Shown here: in pieces, positions 17,787-26,778 of the stretch | How the letters are laid out: the number at the start of each line of letters is the position of its first letter | Numbering within the stretch: the stretch's first letter is position 1 | DNA from: an uncultured Eubacteriales bacterium | GTDB taxonomy: Bacteria > Acidobacteriota > Aminicenantia > Aminicenantales > Aminicenantaceae | Reading direction: 5' to 3' | NCBI GenBank assembly: GCA_964440805.1 | Contig: CAYTTR010000004.1 | Coordinates: forward strand, 15,040-79,039 | Length of the DNA: 64,000 nucleotides | Made by a program: the position numbers and the translations under genes | The notes under the pieces: generated by a model | What the model saw: only the letters and a program-made list of their open reading frames with translations | What the model was told of the DNA's origin: nothing | Databases searched by the model: none

Positions 17787-18695
17787 TCAATTGCCGGCCC
17801 GGTCAAAAAGGAAGGCCACCAGAAAACAAAGGAGAAGAAAAAGGGTATAGAGAAAAAATCGCCGGTGCCTGAGCAGTCTTTCCGGCTCTTCCATCACTTC
17901 TTTTTCTCGAAGAGTTTTGCGGATGATGAGGATAAAAAATAAAAGGACCGGAAAGGCCAGAATAAAGAAAGATTCAAGCCTGAACCGGATAGCGAAGATG
18001 AAATAAGCGGTAAAAAAAACTGCAGCACTGATTATCATTCCGGCCAGCAGGTTTTGTTTGGAATAGCGCTTCAGGGAAGAACGGTACTTTCCCGCGGTTT
18101 CTTTCAGAAAACGGAATTCAGACAGCCTCTTGGCCACCATCAGAAAATTACCGAAAGCCCACCAGGCTAAAAGAAGTGAAACCGGAGGCAGGAAGTGAGA
18201 AGGCGAATAAGTGAACCAGCCGATGAAAAAACGGATGGGATTATTGGCTGACTCGGAAACAGAATCCAGGAAAGGGATATCCTTGGTCCTGATTGGTCTT
18301 ACATTGTAGAGGAAGCCGGCAATAAGCAGAGAGAGAAGAGAAATAAAAAAATAAATATTATAAATCAGAAAGGCAACAATCAGGCAGGCGGCAGTTAAGA
18401 TTATCCCTGAAAAAACCAGGAGCTTAAGATCTATTTCTCCTCTTACTAAAGGACGGTTTTTCTTGGTGGGATGATGGATATCGAAAGGAGCATCCACGAT
18501 TTCATTAATGATATAATTGGATGTAGATATTCCCCAGGTAAGAAAAAAAGCCAGTACGCCTTTCCATAAAAAGGTGATAAGGTTAAATTCCTGGATAGCG
18601 GCTGGATAAAGAAAAAAGAAGGCAGCGCTGCCTATAAAAATAACCAGGCTCCGGGGCCACCTCTCCGGCCGCATCGCCTTAAAATAAGAATGCAT
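17787..18695 (-). CDS. UbiA family prenyltransferase
   Basis: 302-aa polytopic protein with the Asp-rich motif NYIINEIVDAPFD. It overlaps the upstream methyltransferase gene by 1 nt. Confidence 0.7.
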   Translation of the reverse strand: MHSYFKAMRPERWPRSLVIFIGSAAFFFLYPAAIQEFNLITFLWKGVLAFFLTWGISTSNYIINEIVDAPFDIHHPTKKNRPLVRGEIDLKLLVFSGIILTAACLIVAFLIYNIYFFISLLSLLIAGFLYNVRPIRTKDIPFLDSVSESANNPIRFFIGWFTYSPSHFLPPVSLLLAWWAFGNFLMVAKRLSEFRFLKETAGKYRSSLKRYSKQNLLAGMIISAAVFFTAYFIFAIRFRLESFFILAFPVLLFFILIIRKTLREKEVMEEPERLLRHRRFFLYTLFLLLCFLVAFLFDRAGN

Positions 18696-19621
18696 TATTT
18701 CATCACTTTCTTAGCGTAAACTTCCAGAGAATCGCCAAGGGCTAATTTTACCGGATATTTCCGGCAAAAAGAAGCCAATTTTCCTTTTTGTAACAATGGT
18801 TGTAAGAAAGAAAAACGGGAGAGAAGGTAGTACAGGCTGAAAGTCCAGGAATACCGGTGGACAATAAGCGGTTGGAAACCGCACCTACGGAGAAGGAAGA
18901 ACAGGCTTTTGGTTGTAAAGAAAGCCAAGTGAGCTGGGCGGTAATGCCACCATCGCTTGCCTGCCAAGCGGGCAGCTAAACTCTGAATATCTGGAGTTAC
19001 CAGACAGATTACAGCCTCCGGCTTTAAAAGAAGGGAAGCTTTCCGGCAAGCAGCTAAAGGATCAAGGATATGCTCTATAAAATCTACCATGGTCAGGGCA
19101 TCGAAAGACTCTGGCTTCAAGGCTGTTTCCTCAAAAGGACTTCCTATAAGTTTTATCCTGTGCTTTCTTAAGGCTACCTCAGCAGCCCACTCGCTTGGCT
19201 CTACTCCTTCAACCTTCCAGTTTCTGTCCCTGGCCAGATCGAGAAGAATGCCGGTGGCTGCTCCCACATCTAAAAGTTTCCCTTTTTCCGGGCAAAGAAT
19301 TTCCAAACGATTAAGGATAGGAATGAAGTTTTTCGCTCTACCTCCTGCTTCTTCTTCGTAAACGGGATCTTCAACCAAGCTGTATAGTTTATTTATTGTT
19401 TCCGGGAAAGGGGCGGGATTGGCAAAGATATGACTGCAACGGCGGCAGCAATAAAGATCCCAGATTCTGCCATAGCCGCTTGCTGTTATTTTTATGGATT
19501 TCTCATCCAGCGCCTCAGGCTGAAGATTTCCTTTTTTGAAAAATTCAATATTTTCACTTGAACAAACCGGGCATTTTTTTAACCAGTGCCACTTTTCCAT
19601 CTTCAATTTCTTGGACATCAA
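18695..19621 (-). CDS. class I SAM-dependent methyltransferase with an N-terminal zinc ribbon
   Basis: CPVCSS...CCRRCSH forms the zinc ribbon. SAM motif I is KLLDVGAATGILLD, followed by the acidic residue VEGVEPS. Confidence 0.75.
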   Translation of the reverse strand: MMSKKLKMEKWHWLKKCPVCSSENIEFFKKGNLQPEALDEKSIKITASGYGRIWDLYCCRRCSHIFANPAPFPETINKLYSLVEDPVYEEEAGGRAKNFIPILNRLEILCPEKGKLLDVGAATGILLDLARDRNWKVEGVEPSEWAAEVALRKHRIKLIGSPFEETALKPESFDALTMVDFIEHILDPLAACRKASLLLKPEAVICLVTPDIQSLAARLAGKRWWHYRPAHLAFFTTKSLFFLLRRCGFQPLIVHRYSWTFSLYYLLSRFSFLQPLLQKGKLASFCRKYPVKLALGDSLEVYAKKVMK

Positions 19622-19664
19622 TATAGCTTACTCAGTAAAAAAAACTCAATAAATACATCTTGCC

Positions 19665-22580
19665 TTAATTTTTACAAGGCTGATATTCCTGGAGAAAATT
19701 GAAAAAATTGATCTCATTGGCTTCAAGGCCGTAAGTATAAATATAACGGCTGGCCAAGCGGGAAGCGAAGATGGCTTTCAAATAGGAATCAGGGACTTTT
19801 TGGAGAATCTTTTCCAGGCCGATTTCTTCGACCAGGATCATGGGGCAGCAGCATTTGATAACATTTTTAAACAGCTCCTTGTTCCGGCTCAGATTGGACT
19901 CATAGATGGAGTCGGTTACAGCATTTATTTTTTCGCTTATTATGTCCGAAAGAATGGAGCGGGCAATCTTTGTTTTTTGGTTTTCCCGCCAGATGATTTC
20001 AAACTCTAAGGAAGCGTTTTCCTTGATAATCCTGATTATTTCCTGGATGTAGTGCTGCCTGAAGGCCGGGATCTTCCTGTTTTTAACGCACATTAAACGG
20101 CTGTATTCTTCGTCAGTCAGGGCTAAACTACCGAAGACTTCCAAGGATGAAGAAGTGACTCCACCTTTATTGGCTGAGGCATCTTTATAGATGATGACGC
20201 CTTTTTCTTCCAGCCTCAATCTTGCCTGCTGGGTTAAGAAAAGATTGGCTCCTTCGACAATGTATTTAAAACGGGGTTCTCCCCTTTCCGTGATGAAACT
20301 CTTCCAGTTGTTGATGTTTATGGAGGCAGGACGGCCGCCGCAGGGTACGAAAAGATCGGCTGAAAAACGGTGATCGAGATGGAAAGTATTACGAAATTCC
20401 AGGCCGCTCACTACTTTTTCTCCCCCGGGGAGGGTAATGTTTTCATCCTGAATCCTAACCAGGAATCCGTTGTTGGAAAGAAGATCTTTCTTGAAGTGTT
20501 CGACTGGAAGGCGAGCCTTGGCTAAACGTATTAGTTCCTTCCGGTCAATTCCTTGCAGATCATAAAGTACGCCGGAGCCGTCAATTATAGCCAGAATTTT
20601 ATCCTTGGAAATCAGAATTTCGTTGCTTCCCAGATCTCCATCAGGGCCCCCAGTCATAACTTTAGTTATATCTTTTTCTTTGCGTCCAACTTTTTCCAAT
20701 ATGTTTAAAACGAACTGGTGCACAGAATTAGTGGTCATGCCGTAGATGTCATGGGGAATCCCTCCTATGGTAACCGGTTTTCCGGTGGAAAAGGCTTTCC
20801 AGTAAGGATAATTTCTTTTTCCGGCACATTCGGCAGCCCAGGCCATGAGCTCAGCTGTTCCTTCGTCAGGTCCCAGGAATAGAATAATTTCCTGACCATA
20901 GCCGTCAAGGATTTCTTCAGAGGGAAGAAGGAGATCAAGAAGTCCGTGAATGTATTTCTTGAAAGCTGTTTCTGTCTGATCCTGATAATCCCAGCGGAGG
21001 AGGACTGTTCCTTTGGAGCCACCCTCGGGAATGTCCTTGTTTTTTCTTTGTTGGGTCCGGGCAAGGTTGTAGTTTTCATCGAAAATAAAGTCAGAATTGA
21101 AAAGGTAGTTCTGCAGATTGTTGGAACTAACCACCCTGATACCGCCGCGGGAGATGTCGCGGAACCGGATGTGAAAACCTCTCATTTCAGCTGCGATGAC
21201 ATGGAAGATTCCAAATGGAGTTTCCGGATAGTCCACCTGGTTAAGAAATCCAGGTTTGTACATAAAGGCCAAAGAGACCTTGTGTTTCTTAAAGAAATTG
21301 GTACGGAGGATTGAGGTGATGAAAAGAAGTACAGCCCGGAATATATCCCTGTCTATATCAGTTGGAATATATCGTTTCAACTGGCCTTCTATCCCGGCTA
21401 AGTCTTTGGAGATATTATGACTTTGATGATAGGAATTAAATTTTTTGTCAAAAAGATGAAAAAGTTTTTTCAAAAAATCCGGATAGGCCAGCAAAGCATC
21501 CCAAACCCGTTGCTCGGTATAGGTGTCCTTGGCCAGGTTGACCTTCATGTCGCGCAGAAGTCCCAGCATTTCGGGAGAATCTTTCAGATGTTCGGCCAGT
21601 TTCAAATATTCTTCATTGTGAGTGGTAAGAAACTGATGAGCAAAGCTCCAGGCAGAAACTCCAAAAACAGTTTCCTGAGCCGTAAGTTTACCGGACCGGA
21701 AAAGTTCCGAGAGAGGACTTTCCGGGATAACATAAATCAGGCTGATATCGTCCACCAGGTCCTGGATTAGAGCTTTGTTTTTTATATCGGGAAGATAAAA
21801 GACGAAAATGGTTTTACCGTTGGCGAATTGCTCAACATATTTGCGGTTGGAAACAAGGTTGTGTGAATTGAAAACATCGGAAACATTAATTAAAAACCGG
21901 CGGCTTGCCTTTCTGTCCAGGACAACCATTATTCTCAATTCTCCAGTTTCTTCTTTATGGGAGACATCAATCTGCGGGGTTTCTCCTTCAATAGATTTTG
22001 CCAGCATCTCCCGGTATCTCTGGATAGTCTCTTCGGTTGAGGTTTCCAGAAACTCCTTGTCTGAGATTTTCTGGATTTCGGTTTCTCGGTCTTTGATTTT
22101 TTCAAGGGGAAAGGAGGGCTTGGTTACAATGTACATTCGGAGATGTTCAATACCGGCTACTTTTCTCTGCGTTCGGTAGGATTGAACCCTGAAAAAGGGA
22201 TATTTTTCCTCGATCCTTTTTTCAATCTCTACTGCCCGGAAATGATGGTCATCTACTAAATAGACAGCTTCGTCTGTTCCTTCGGTTCCGTAATCTATTT
22301 TGAGGGCTTTTTCTTTCTGGAGTCCGGCAATGATTTCAGCAGACTTGAGAGCTTCAATATGACCGGCGATGGTTTCCAAGGGAGTTGTTTCGAAATAATA
22401 ATCAGCCATTCCCAGCCGGGTGCAAAAGAGATTTATTTCACTGCGAACAGTCTCAGGCCGGAAATGGCCGTGACTGAGAATTATGTTATCTATTTTCCGG
22501 AGATTTTCTTCGCTCAGGGGAGAGTTTTTTGCGATTTCGCTTAGAGGTTTCATTAAAGACTCCTTTTGACTTTTTTTCAA
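19665..22580 (-). CDS. large NAD-specific glutamate dehydrogenase (~110 kDa class)
   Basis: 971 aa. It has a Glu/Leu/Phe/Val dehydrogenase catalytic region (IPEGGSKG, LGPDEGT) and dinucleotide-binding segments GGPDGDLGSNE and VEGANLF. The long N-terminal extension matches large GDHs. Confidence 0.8.
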   Translation of the reverse strand: MKKSQKESLMKPLSEIAKNSPLSEENLRKIDNIILSHGHFRPETVRSEINLFCTRLGMADYYFETTPLETIAGHIEALKSAEIIAGLQKEKALKIDYGTEGTDEAVYLVDDHHFRAVEIEKRIEEKYPFFRVQSYRTQRKVAGIEHLRMYIVTKPSFPLEKIKDRETEIQKISDKEFLETSTEETIQRYREMLAKSIEGETPQIDVSHKEETGELRIMVVLDRKASRRFLINVSDVFNSHNLVSNRKYVEQFANGKTIFVFYLPDIKNKALIQDLVDDISLIYVIPESPLSELFRSGKLTAQETVFGVSAWSFAHQFLTTHNEEYLKLAEHLKDSPEMLGLLRDMKVNLAKDTYTEQRVWDALLAYPDFLKKLFHLFDKKFNSYHQSHNISKDLAGIEGQLKRYIPTDIDRDIFRAVLLFITSILRTNFFKKHKVSLAFMYKPGFLNQVDYPETPFGIFHVIAAEMRGFHIRFRDISRGGIRVVSSNNLQNYLFNSDFIFDENYNLARTQQRKNKDIPEGGSKGTVLLRWDYQDQTETAFKKYIHGLLDLLLPSEEILDGYGQEIILFLGPDEGTAELMAWAAECAGKRNYPYWKAFSTGKPVTIGGIPHDIYGMTTNSVHQFVLNILEKVGRKEKDITKVMTGGPDGDLGSNEILISKDKILAIIDGSGVLYDLQGIDRKELIRLAKARLPVEHFKKDLLSNNGFLVRIQDENITLPGGEKVVSGLEFRNTFHLDHRFSADLFVPCGGRPASININNWKSFITERGEPRFKYIVEGANLFLTQQARLRLEEKGVIIYKDASANKGGVTSSSLEVFGSLALTDEEYSRLMCVKNRKIPAFRQHYIQEIIRIIKENASLEFEIIWRENQKTKIARSILSDIISEKINAVTDSIYESNLSRNKELFKNVIKCCCPMILVEEIGLEKILQKVPDSYLKAIFASRLASRYIYTYGLEANEINFFNFLQEYQPCKN

Positions 22581-22702
22581 GGTTAATAAATCAAATTAAA
22601 TTATATCATGAGCCTGAAAATAGTCCATTTAGTTTATGCGCATTTTTATTTCCGTGATAGAGATTATATAGTTAAAAAAGAGGGAGGGGAAAAGTGGTCC
22701 TT

Positions 22703-23050
22703 TCATTCTATTTCAAGTTCCACTTTTTCAACCAGGATATCTGTGCCTTCCATGGTCTCCAAATCTGTGGACCGGCAATGGCCACAGGTAAAGACAATGT
22801 CTTCCTGGATTGTTTCCTGGCTGCATTGGCGGCAGCGAAACCGGAGAGGAACCTTTTCGATTTCCAGTCGGGCTTGAGAAGCAATGGTCCCCTTTTTGTA
22901 AAGCTGGAAGGCTGTTTCCAGAAGTTCCGGGACGGCTCCGGAAAGCATTCCTACTTTAAGCTTGACCCCGGTAATCTTAACCGCTTTTTTTTCTTTCGCC
23001 TGTTCCTCCAGGATATCGAAAAGATTGCTGATTATAGAAAGTTCATGCAT
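22703..23050 (-). CDS. hypA: hydrogenase nickel-insertion protein HypA
   Basis: 115 aa with the MHELS N-terminus and a zinc site CRQC-N14-CGHC. Confidence 0.9.
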   Translation of the reverse strand: MHELSIISNLFDILEEQAKEKKAVKITGVKLKVGMLSGAVPELLETAFQLYKKGTIASQARLEIEKVPLRFRCRQCSQETIQEDIVFTCGHCRSTDLETMEGTDILVEKVELEIE

Positions 23051-23714
23051 TTTCCCGGAGCAGTCTCTTTAGTTTATCGATCAGAAAACGGCGAAATTCA
23101 TCTATGCCGTTGCCTTGGACGGCAGAGGTCTGAAAAATCTTCAGCTTGGGATTAAGCTCCAAGGCTTCTGCAGCCGCTTTTTCCGGATTAAACGGGACGT
23201 GGGGGATAAGGTCTGCTTTGGTTATGACAAGACAGTCGGAAGTAGTAAAAGCTTTAGGGTATTTTTTGGGTTTGTCATCTCCTTCAGGCGATGAGAGCAG
23301 CACACAGCGAATACTTTCGCCCAAGTCATATCCGGCCGGGCAGACCAGGTTGCCCACATTTTCAATGAACAGAAAATCAAGGTCGGAGGGAATTTTGGAA
23401 AACAGTTGACCGATCATTTTAGCTTCAAGATGACAGGCTCCGCCGGTGGTGATTTGCCAGGCAGGAATGCCTTTGGCTTTGATGCGTTCAGCATCCCTTT
23501 CGGTTTCGATGTCTCCTTCAATTACGGCCATTTTATATTCCGGCTGAAAGGCTTCGGCCAATTTTTCCAACAAGCTGGTTTTACCTGCTCCTGGGGAGCT
23601 GAGAAAATTTATGGTCAGAATGCCTTTTCCGGTTAATTTTTCCCGTATTTCCGAGGCGATTTTTTTGTTGGAACCCAATAAATCTTTGAGGACTAAAACT
23701 TCTTTTTTCTTCAT
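23043..23714 (-). CDS. hypB: hydrogenase nickel-incorporation GTPase HypB
   Basis: The P-loop SSPGAGKTS and the motifs ENVGNLVCP and ITKADL are present. It overlaps hypA by 8 nt. Confidence 0.9.
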   Translation of the reverse strand: MKKKEVLVLKDLLGSNKKIASEIREKLTGKGILTINFLSSPGAGKTSLLEKLAEAFQPEYKMAVIEGDIETERDAERIKAKGIPAWQITTGGACHLEAKMIGQLFSKIPSDLDFLFIENVGNLVCPAGYDLGESIRCVLLSSPEGDDKPKKYPKAFTTSDCLVITKADLIPHVPFNPEKAAAEALELNPKLKIFQTSAVQGNGIDEFRRFLIDKLKRLLRENA

Positions 23715-24193
23715 TTTTTGCCTTCTGACAAGAGAGTGAAGAGAATATCTATAATTCGGGGTACGGCTTTTTCCATTTCGGGGGTTAAGTCTTCCCCCAG
23801 CCTAAAGATATTCTTGGCTTCAACAGCGATAACTTTCACCTCACCCGGAACATCCAGGCCGGTTTTCCGGCCTATTTCCAGCATTTGAGGGAAAGAAATA
23901 TAATGAGGTGAAGGCCCGGGAATGTGACGGAGATCTTTTCCATCGAGGACAGAGATTTTGCCTGTTACCGGATTATCTGCCTTGACGGTATCGATAATGA
24001 TGAGCCGGTCGAATCCCACAATTATATCCAGAAGAGAGAGACCGGAAAGGGAGCTGGCTTCAAGGGAGATCGACTGTCCGTTATCAATTAGTTTCCGGAA
24101 GGTCGGATCCTGCTTCACCTTTTCAATGACATGGATTCCCACCCCATCGTCACCGTAGAGTTCATTTCCTAAACCAAGTACCAGAGTTTTCAT
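23711..24193 (-). CDS. stand-alone [NiFe]-hydrogenase maturation endopeptidase (HyaD/HybD/HoxW family)
   Basis: 160 aa with LGLGNELYGDDGVG, LIIIDTV and SPHYISF, which match the positions of the three metal ligands of the family. Confidence 0.85.
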   Translation of the reverse strand: MKTLVLGLGNELYGDDGVGIHVIEKVKQDPTFRKLIDNGQSISLEASSLSGLSLLDIIVGFDRLIIIDTVKADNPVTGKISVLDGKDLRHIPGPSPHYISFPQMLEIGRKTGLDVPGEVKVIAVEAKNIFRLGEDLTPEMEKAVPRIIDILFTLLSEGKK

Positions 24194-24215
24194 TAATCCT
24201 CGTTTGAATCAGCCT

Positions 24216-24917
24216 TCAGGAAGATTTTTTCTGCGAAGAAGATGCTTTGGGCAGGAAAACAGTGAAACAACTTCCCTTCCCCGGCTCGCTTTCTACTTCA
24301 ATCCGGCCGTTGAGAGCATCCACGATTTTTTTGGCGATGGTCAGGCCCAAGCCTGTGCCCGTATGTTTTTCTTCACCTTCGGCTTTTATCCGGTAGAATT
24401 GGTCGAAGAGATAAGGAAGATGTTCCTTCTCCATTCCTATTCCTGTATCTTTGACAGACACGGTGATGAAGCTATTTTTATCTTCAATAGAAACTTCTAC
24501 TTTTCCGTCTGGCTGGTTGTATTTTATGGCGTTGTTTATTAGATTGGAGAAAATTTGTTCCAGAGTATCCGGGTCTCCTTGAGCCAGATCATCCCCTTCA
24601 GGTTTTAATAATTCAAGAGTAACCTTGTTTTCTTCGGCAAAAGGCCGGTTGAATTCAACAATATTTTCCAGAATTTCTGTCAGATGAATCGTCTTCATTT
24701 TTTCAACTATCTGGCCTTTATTCATCCTGGCTACATCGAGCCAGTCATTGATCAATTTAATCAATCCTTCCAGCCGTTCCTTGGCTCTCAAGAGCATGTC
24801 TTTCTTTTTCTGCTCGTCCTTGATGATGTCGCTGAGAATGACTTCAAAATACTGAAGAATAACTGCAATCGGGCTTTTCAGTTGGTGAGAGACCATGGTT
24901 ATAAAATTTTCTTCCAT
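24216..24917 (-). CDS. histidine kinase catalytic core (HisKA + HATPase_c) without a sensor domain
   Basis: It has the H-box MVSHQLKSP, N-box NLINNAIKY, G1 DTGIGM and G2 GTGLGLTI. The reading frame stays open for 24 codons upstream of the ATG, with a coiled-coil-like linker EKDKRAQTLEKEKRA. Confidence 0.85.
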   Translation of the reverse strand: MEENFITMVSHQLKSPIAVILQYFEVILSDIIKDEQKKKDMLLRAKERLEGLIKLINDWLDVARMNKGQIVEKMKTIHLTEILENIVEFNRPFAEENKVTLELLKPEGDDLAQGDPDTLEQIFSNLINNAIKYNQPDGKVEVSIEDKNSFITVSVKDTGIGMEKEHLPYLFDQFYRIKAEGEEKHTGTGLGLTIAKKIVDALNGRIEVESEPGKGSCFTVFLPKASSSQKKSS

Positions 24918-25087
24918 GGCCCTTTTTTCTTTCTCCAGAGTTTGAGCTCTTTTATCTTTTTCAGGCCTGATTCGCCGTCCGGAGCGGTTTCAGTCTTATA
25001 TCCTTCCTTGGCCAAGATAAGACTGCAGGAATCCCGCATGGATTCCTCATCATCAATAACCAGAATCAACGGCTTTTTTTCGGACAT
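24899..25087 (-). pseudogene. receiver-domain N-terminal fragment (first ~45 residues), out of frame with the downstream kinase core
   Basis: PLILVIDDEESMRDSCSLILAKEGYKTETAPDGESGLKKIKE is a canonical REC beta1-alpha2 segment. It then runs into non-REC sequence and a stop, overlapping the kinase ORF by 19 nt in another frame. Confidence 0.5.
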
Positions 25088-25141
25088 AAAGGAAGCCTCT
25101 CTTTCTTTACCAGATGTCCGTGAGGACTTTTATATTTTATT

Positions 25142-25369
25142 TTACTTTAAAATACCTTCTATTTCAGCAAAAATTTCTTTATCTGTAAAATGTCTGGCCG
25201 TTGCTGCTGATGACGGACAAGCTGCTGCACAGGTGCCGCACTGGATACATTTTTTAAGGCTTTCTCCTCCCGGAATATTTTCTACTTGGAGGAGAAATGA
25301 TTTTATGAGTTTTTGATCGTTTTTTCCGGAATTGCCTTTAAATTTTTCTTGAGTCAGCTCACCTTTCAT
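25142..25369 (-). CDS. small single-motif [4Fe-4S]-type protein related to the HdrC N-terminus and HdrA C-terminal tail
   Basis: 75 aa. CIQCGTCAAACPSSAATARHFTDKEIFAEIEGILK compares with the tail of the 42833-44590 protein ([36 protein letters not shown]) and with HdrC CIQCGTCSSSCP. It overlaps the upstream REC gene by 4 nt. Confidence 0.5.
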   Translation of the reverse strand: MKGELTQEKFKGNSGKNDQKLIKSFLLQVENIPGGESLKKCIQCGTCAAACPSSAATARHFTDKEIFAEIEGILK

Positions 25370-25773
25370 CTCTCCAAAAGCCTTTCGATGCGGGAAATTA
25401 GAACATCCGGTTTAACAGGTTTATCAAGATAATCATCCGGGCCGGTAAGACCCTGTTCTTCTGCTTTGAATTGGAAACGGGAGCCGGTCATTTCTTTTAC
25501 TGCTGATACAAAGATGATGGGAGTGTCTTTGACCGGTTTGAATTCTTTGCTCGTCTTGACGTCATGGCAAAGAGAGAAACAGTCGAAAAGGCTGTCCATC
25601 ATAATGTCCAGAAGTACTAAATCAGGTTTTTCGGAAAGAATTTTCTTATTTCCTTCGGCGGGATCTCTGGCAGTGACTACTTCATAAAGAGCTGAGTGAA
25701 GAATGGAGGTCACAGCTTCGCGGAAATCGGGATCGTCGTCGATAACCAGAATTTTTCCTTTTGACTTTTCCAT
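25366..25773 (-). CDS. single-domain response regulator (receiver only)
   Basis: ILVIDDDPDF, the phospho-acceptor context DLVLLDIMMD, IIFVSA and YLDKP are present. Confidence 0.85.
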   Translation of the reverse strand: MEKSKGKILVIDDDPDFREAVTSILHSALYEVVTARDPAEGNKKILSEKPDLVLLDIMMDSLFDCFSLCHDVKTSKEFKPVKDTPIIFVSAVKEMTGSRFQFKAEEQGLTGPDDYLDKPVKPDVLISRIERLLER

Positions 25774-25784
25774 ATTGTCCTCCT

Positions 25785-26156
25785 TTATTGTCTGAAGGCG
25801 TTTGAGATCGCCAGTTTAAGTTCGTCCTTGCCGAAAGATTTTATAAAGTAGAAGAAGATATCCTGTTCCCGGACCTTGGCTTCAAGCCGCTTGGAGTTTT
25901 TCCGGGTGGTCATGATGATCTTGATATTGGGATCGATGTTTTTGATGATGGATACTGCCTCATAACCTTTCATTTCGGGCAGGTTGACTTCTATAATCAG
26001 GCAGTCATATTTTCCTCCGGATATCTTCCGGATAGCATCAGTGACTCCTTTGCCGGTTTCCACTTGGAATTTTTCATTTTTCAGAAATTTAGCCAGATCT
26101 TCCCTTTCTTTTCTTTCAGGGTCAATTATAAGGATTCTTCCTTCGAAATCAATCAT
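25785..26156 (-). CDS. atypical single-domain receiver (phospho-acceptor Asp replaced by Glu)
   Basis: The start is chosen at ATG 26156 (GAGG 7 nt upstream) because the longer ORF would begin inside the sigma-54 promoter. The motifs are ILIIDPERKE (DD pocket becomes DP), CLIIEVNLPEMKG (D becomes E), IIMTT and YFIKSF. Confidence 0.7.
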   Translation of the reverse strand: MIDFEGRILIIDPERKEREDLAKFLKNEKFQVETGKGVTDAIRKISGGKYDCLIIEVNLPEMKGYEAVSIIKNIDPNIKIIMTTRKNSKRLEAKVREQDIFFYFIKSFGKDELKLAISNAFRQ

Positions 26157-26181
26157 GGTTTTAGCCTCAAGCATGAAGGAA

Positions 26182-26198
26182 TGCAATTATTGTGCCAA
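26182..26198 (-). promoter_or_regulatory. sigma-54 (-24/-12) promoter of the receiver/kinase/hyp operon
   Basis: The minus strand reads TTGGCACaataaTTGCA, an exact fit to TGGCAC-N5-TTGCW. It lies ~25 nt upstream of the ATG at 26156. Confidence 0.65.
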
Positions 26199-26393
26199 GT
26201 AAGGAAAAAGATAGTTGTAAACATAAAACATTTAAGTTGTTATATTTACATTAATTAGAAGGAATTAAAAAAAGAGAGGAATGAATATTCAAAACCGAGG
26301 AATTTTTCCTGGGGAATTACTCCCTACTGGTGGGGAAATGGGGGACAATAATTAAAACAAAAGGTAGAGGAAATTCGGGTGCAGCGACAAGGA

Positions 26394-26753
26394 TTAAATA
26401 TAGGCAGCGGCAACAATCAGGGAAGATAGTAAACCCAGAATAATAAGATTGAAGAAGCGGTAAAAAAATCCGGCTAAAGAAGGAGAAACTGATATCAACC
26501 GCCCGCTCAGGCGGCAGCGCACATCAGAACCCAGAAGGAAAGGCGCGCTTAGCATTTTGTCCCACAAACCTTTCAGAAGTGTATTGAAAAATCTCAGGCT
26601 GCGCCTCTTTTTTTCTCTAAGAGAGGAAGAAAAAAAAGCTCCAAAAGATAAGGGAATAAGGAGAATAACAGCACTGGTAAAAGTTATGATAAAAAGGAAG
26701 AGAGAAAAGATTAAGAATTGCTTTTTTTGTTTTTTAGCAGCGCAGCAGGCCAT
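26394..26753 (-). CDS. hypothetical membrane protein
   Basis: 119-aa ORF with three hydrophobic segments and basic loops. No recognisable family. Confidence 0.4.
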   Translation of the reverse strand: MACCAAKKQKKQFLIFSLFLFIITFTSAVILLIPLSFGAFFSSSLREKKRRSLRFFNTLLKGLWDKMLSAPFLLGSDVRCRLSGRLISVSPSLAGFFYRFFNLIILGLLSSLIVAAAYI

Positions 26754-26778
26754 TTGAGCCCTCCTTATCTATTTTCAC

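Noticed and set aside
24684-25316. A 210-aa plus-strand ORF across the kinase/receiver region.
   Set aside because: It is antisense to ORFs with clear HisKA/HATPase, REC and Fe-S motifs, and its own sequence has no motif and a biased composition.
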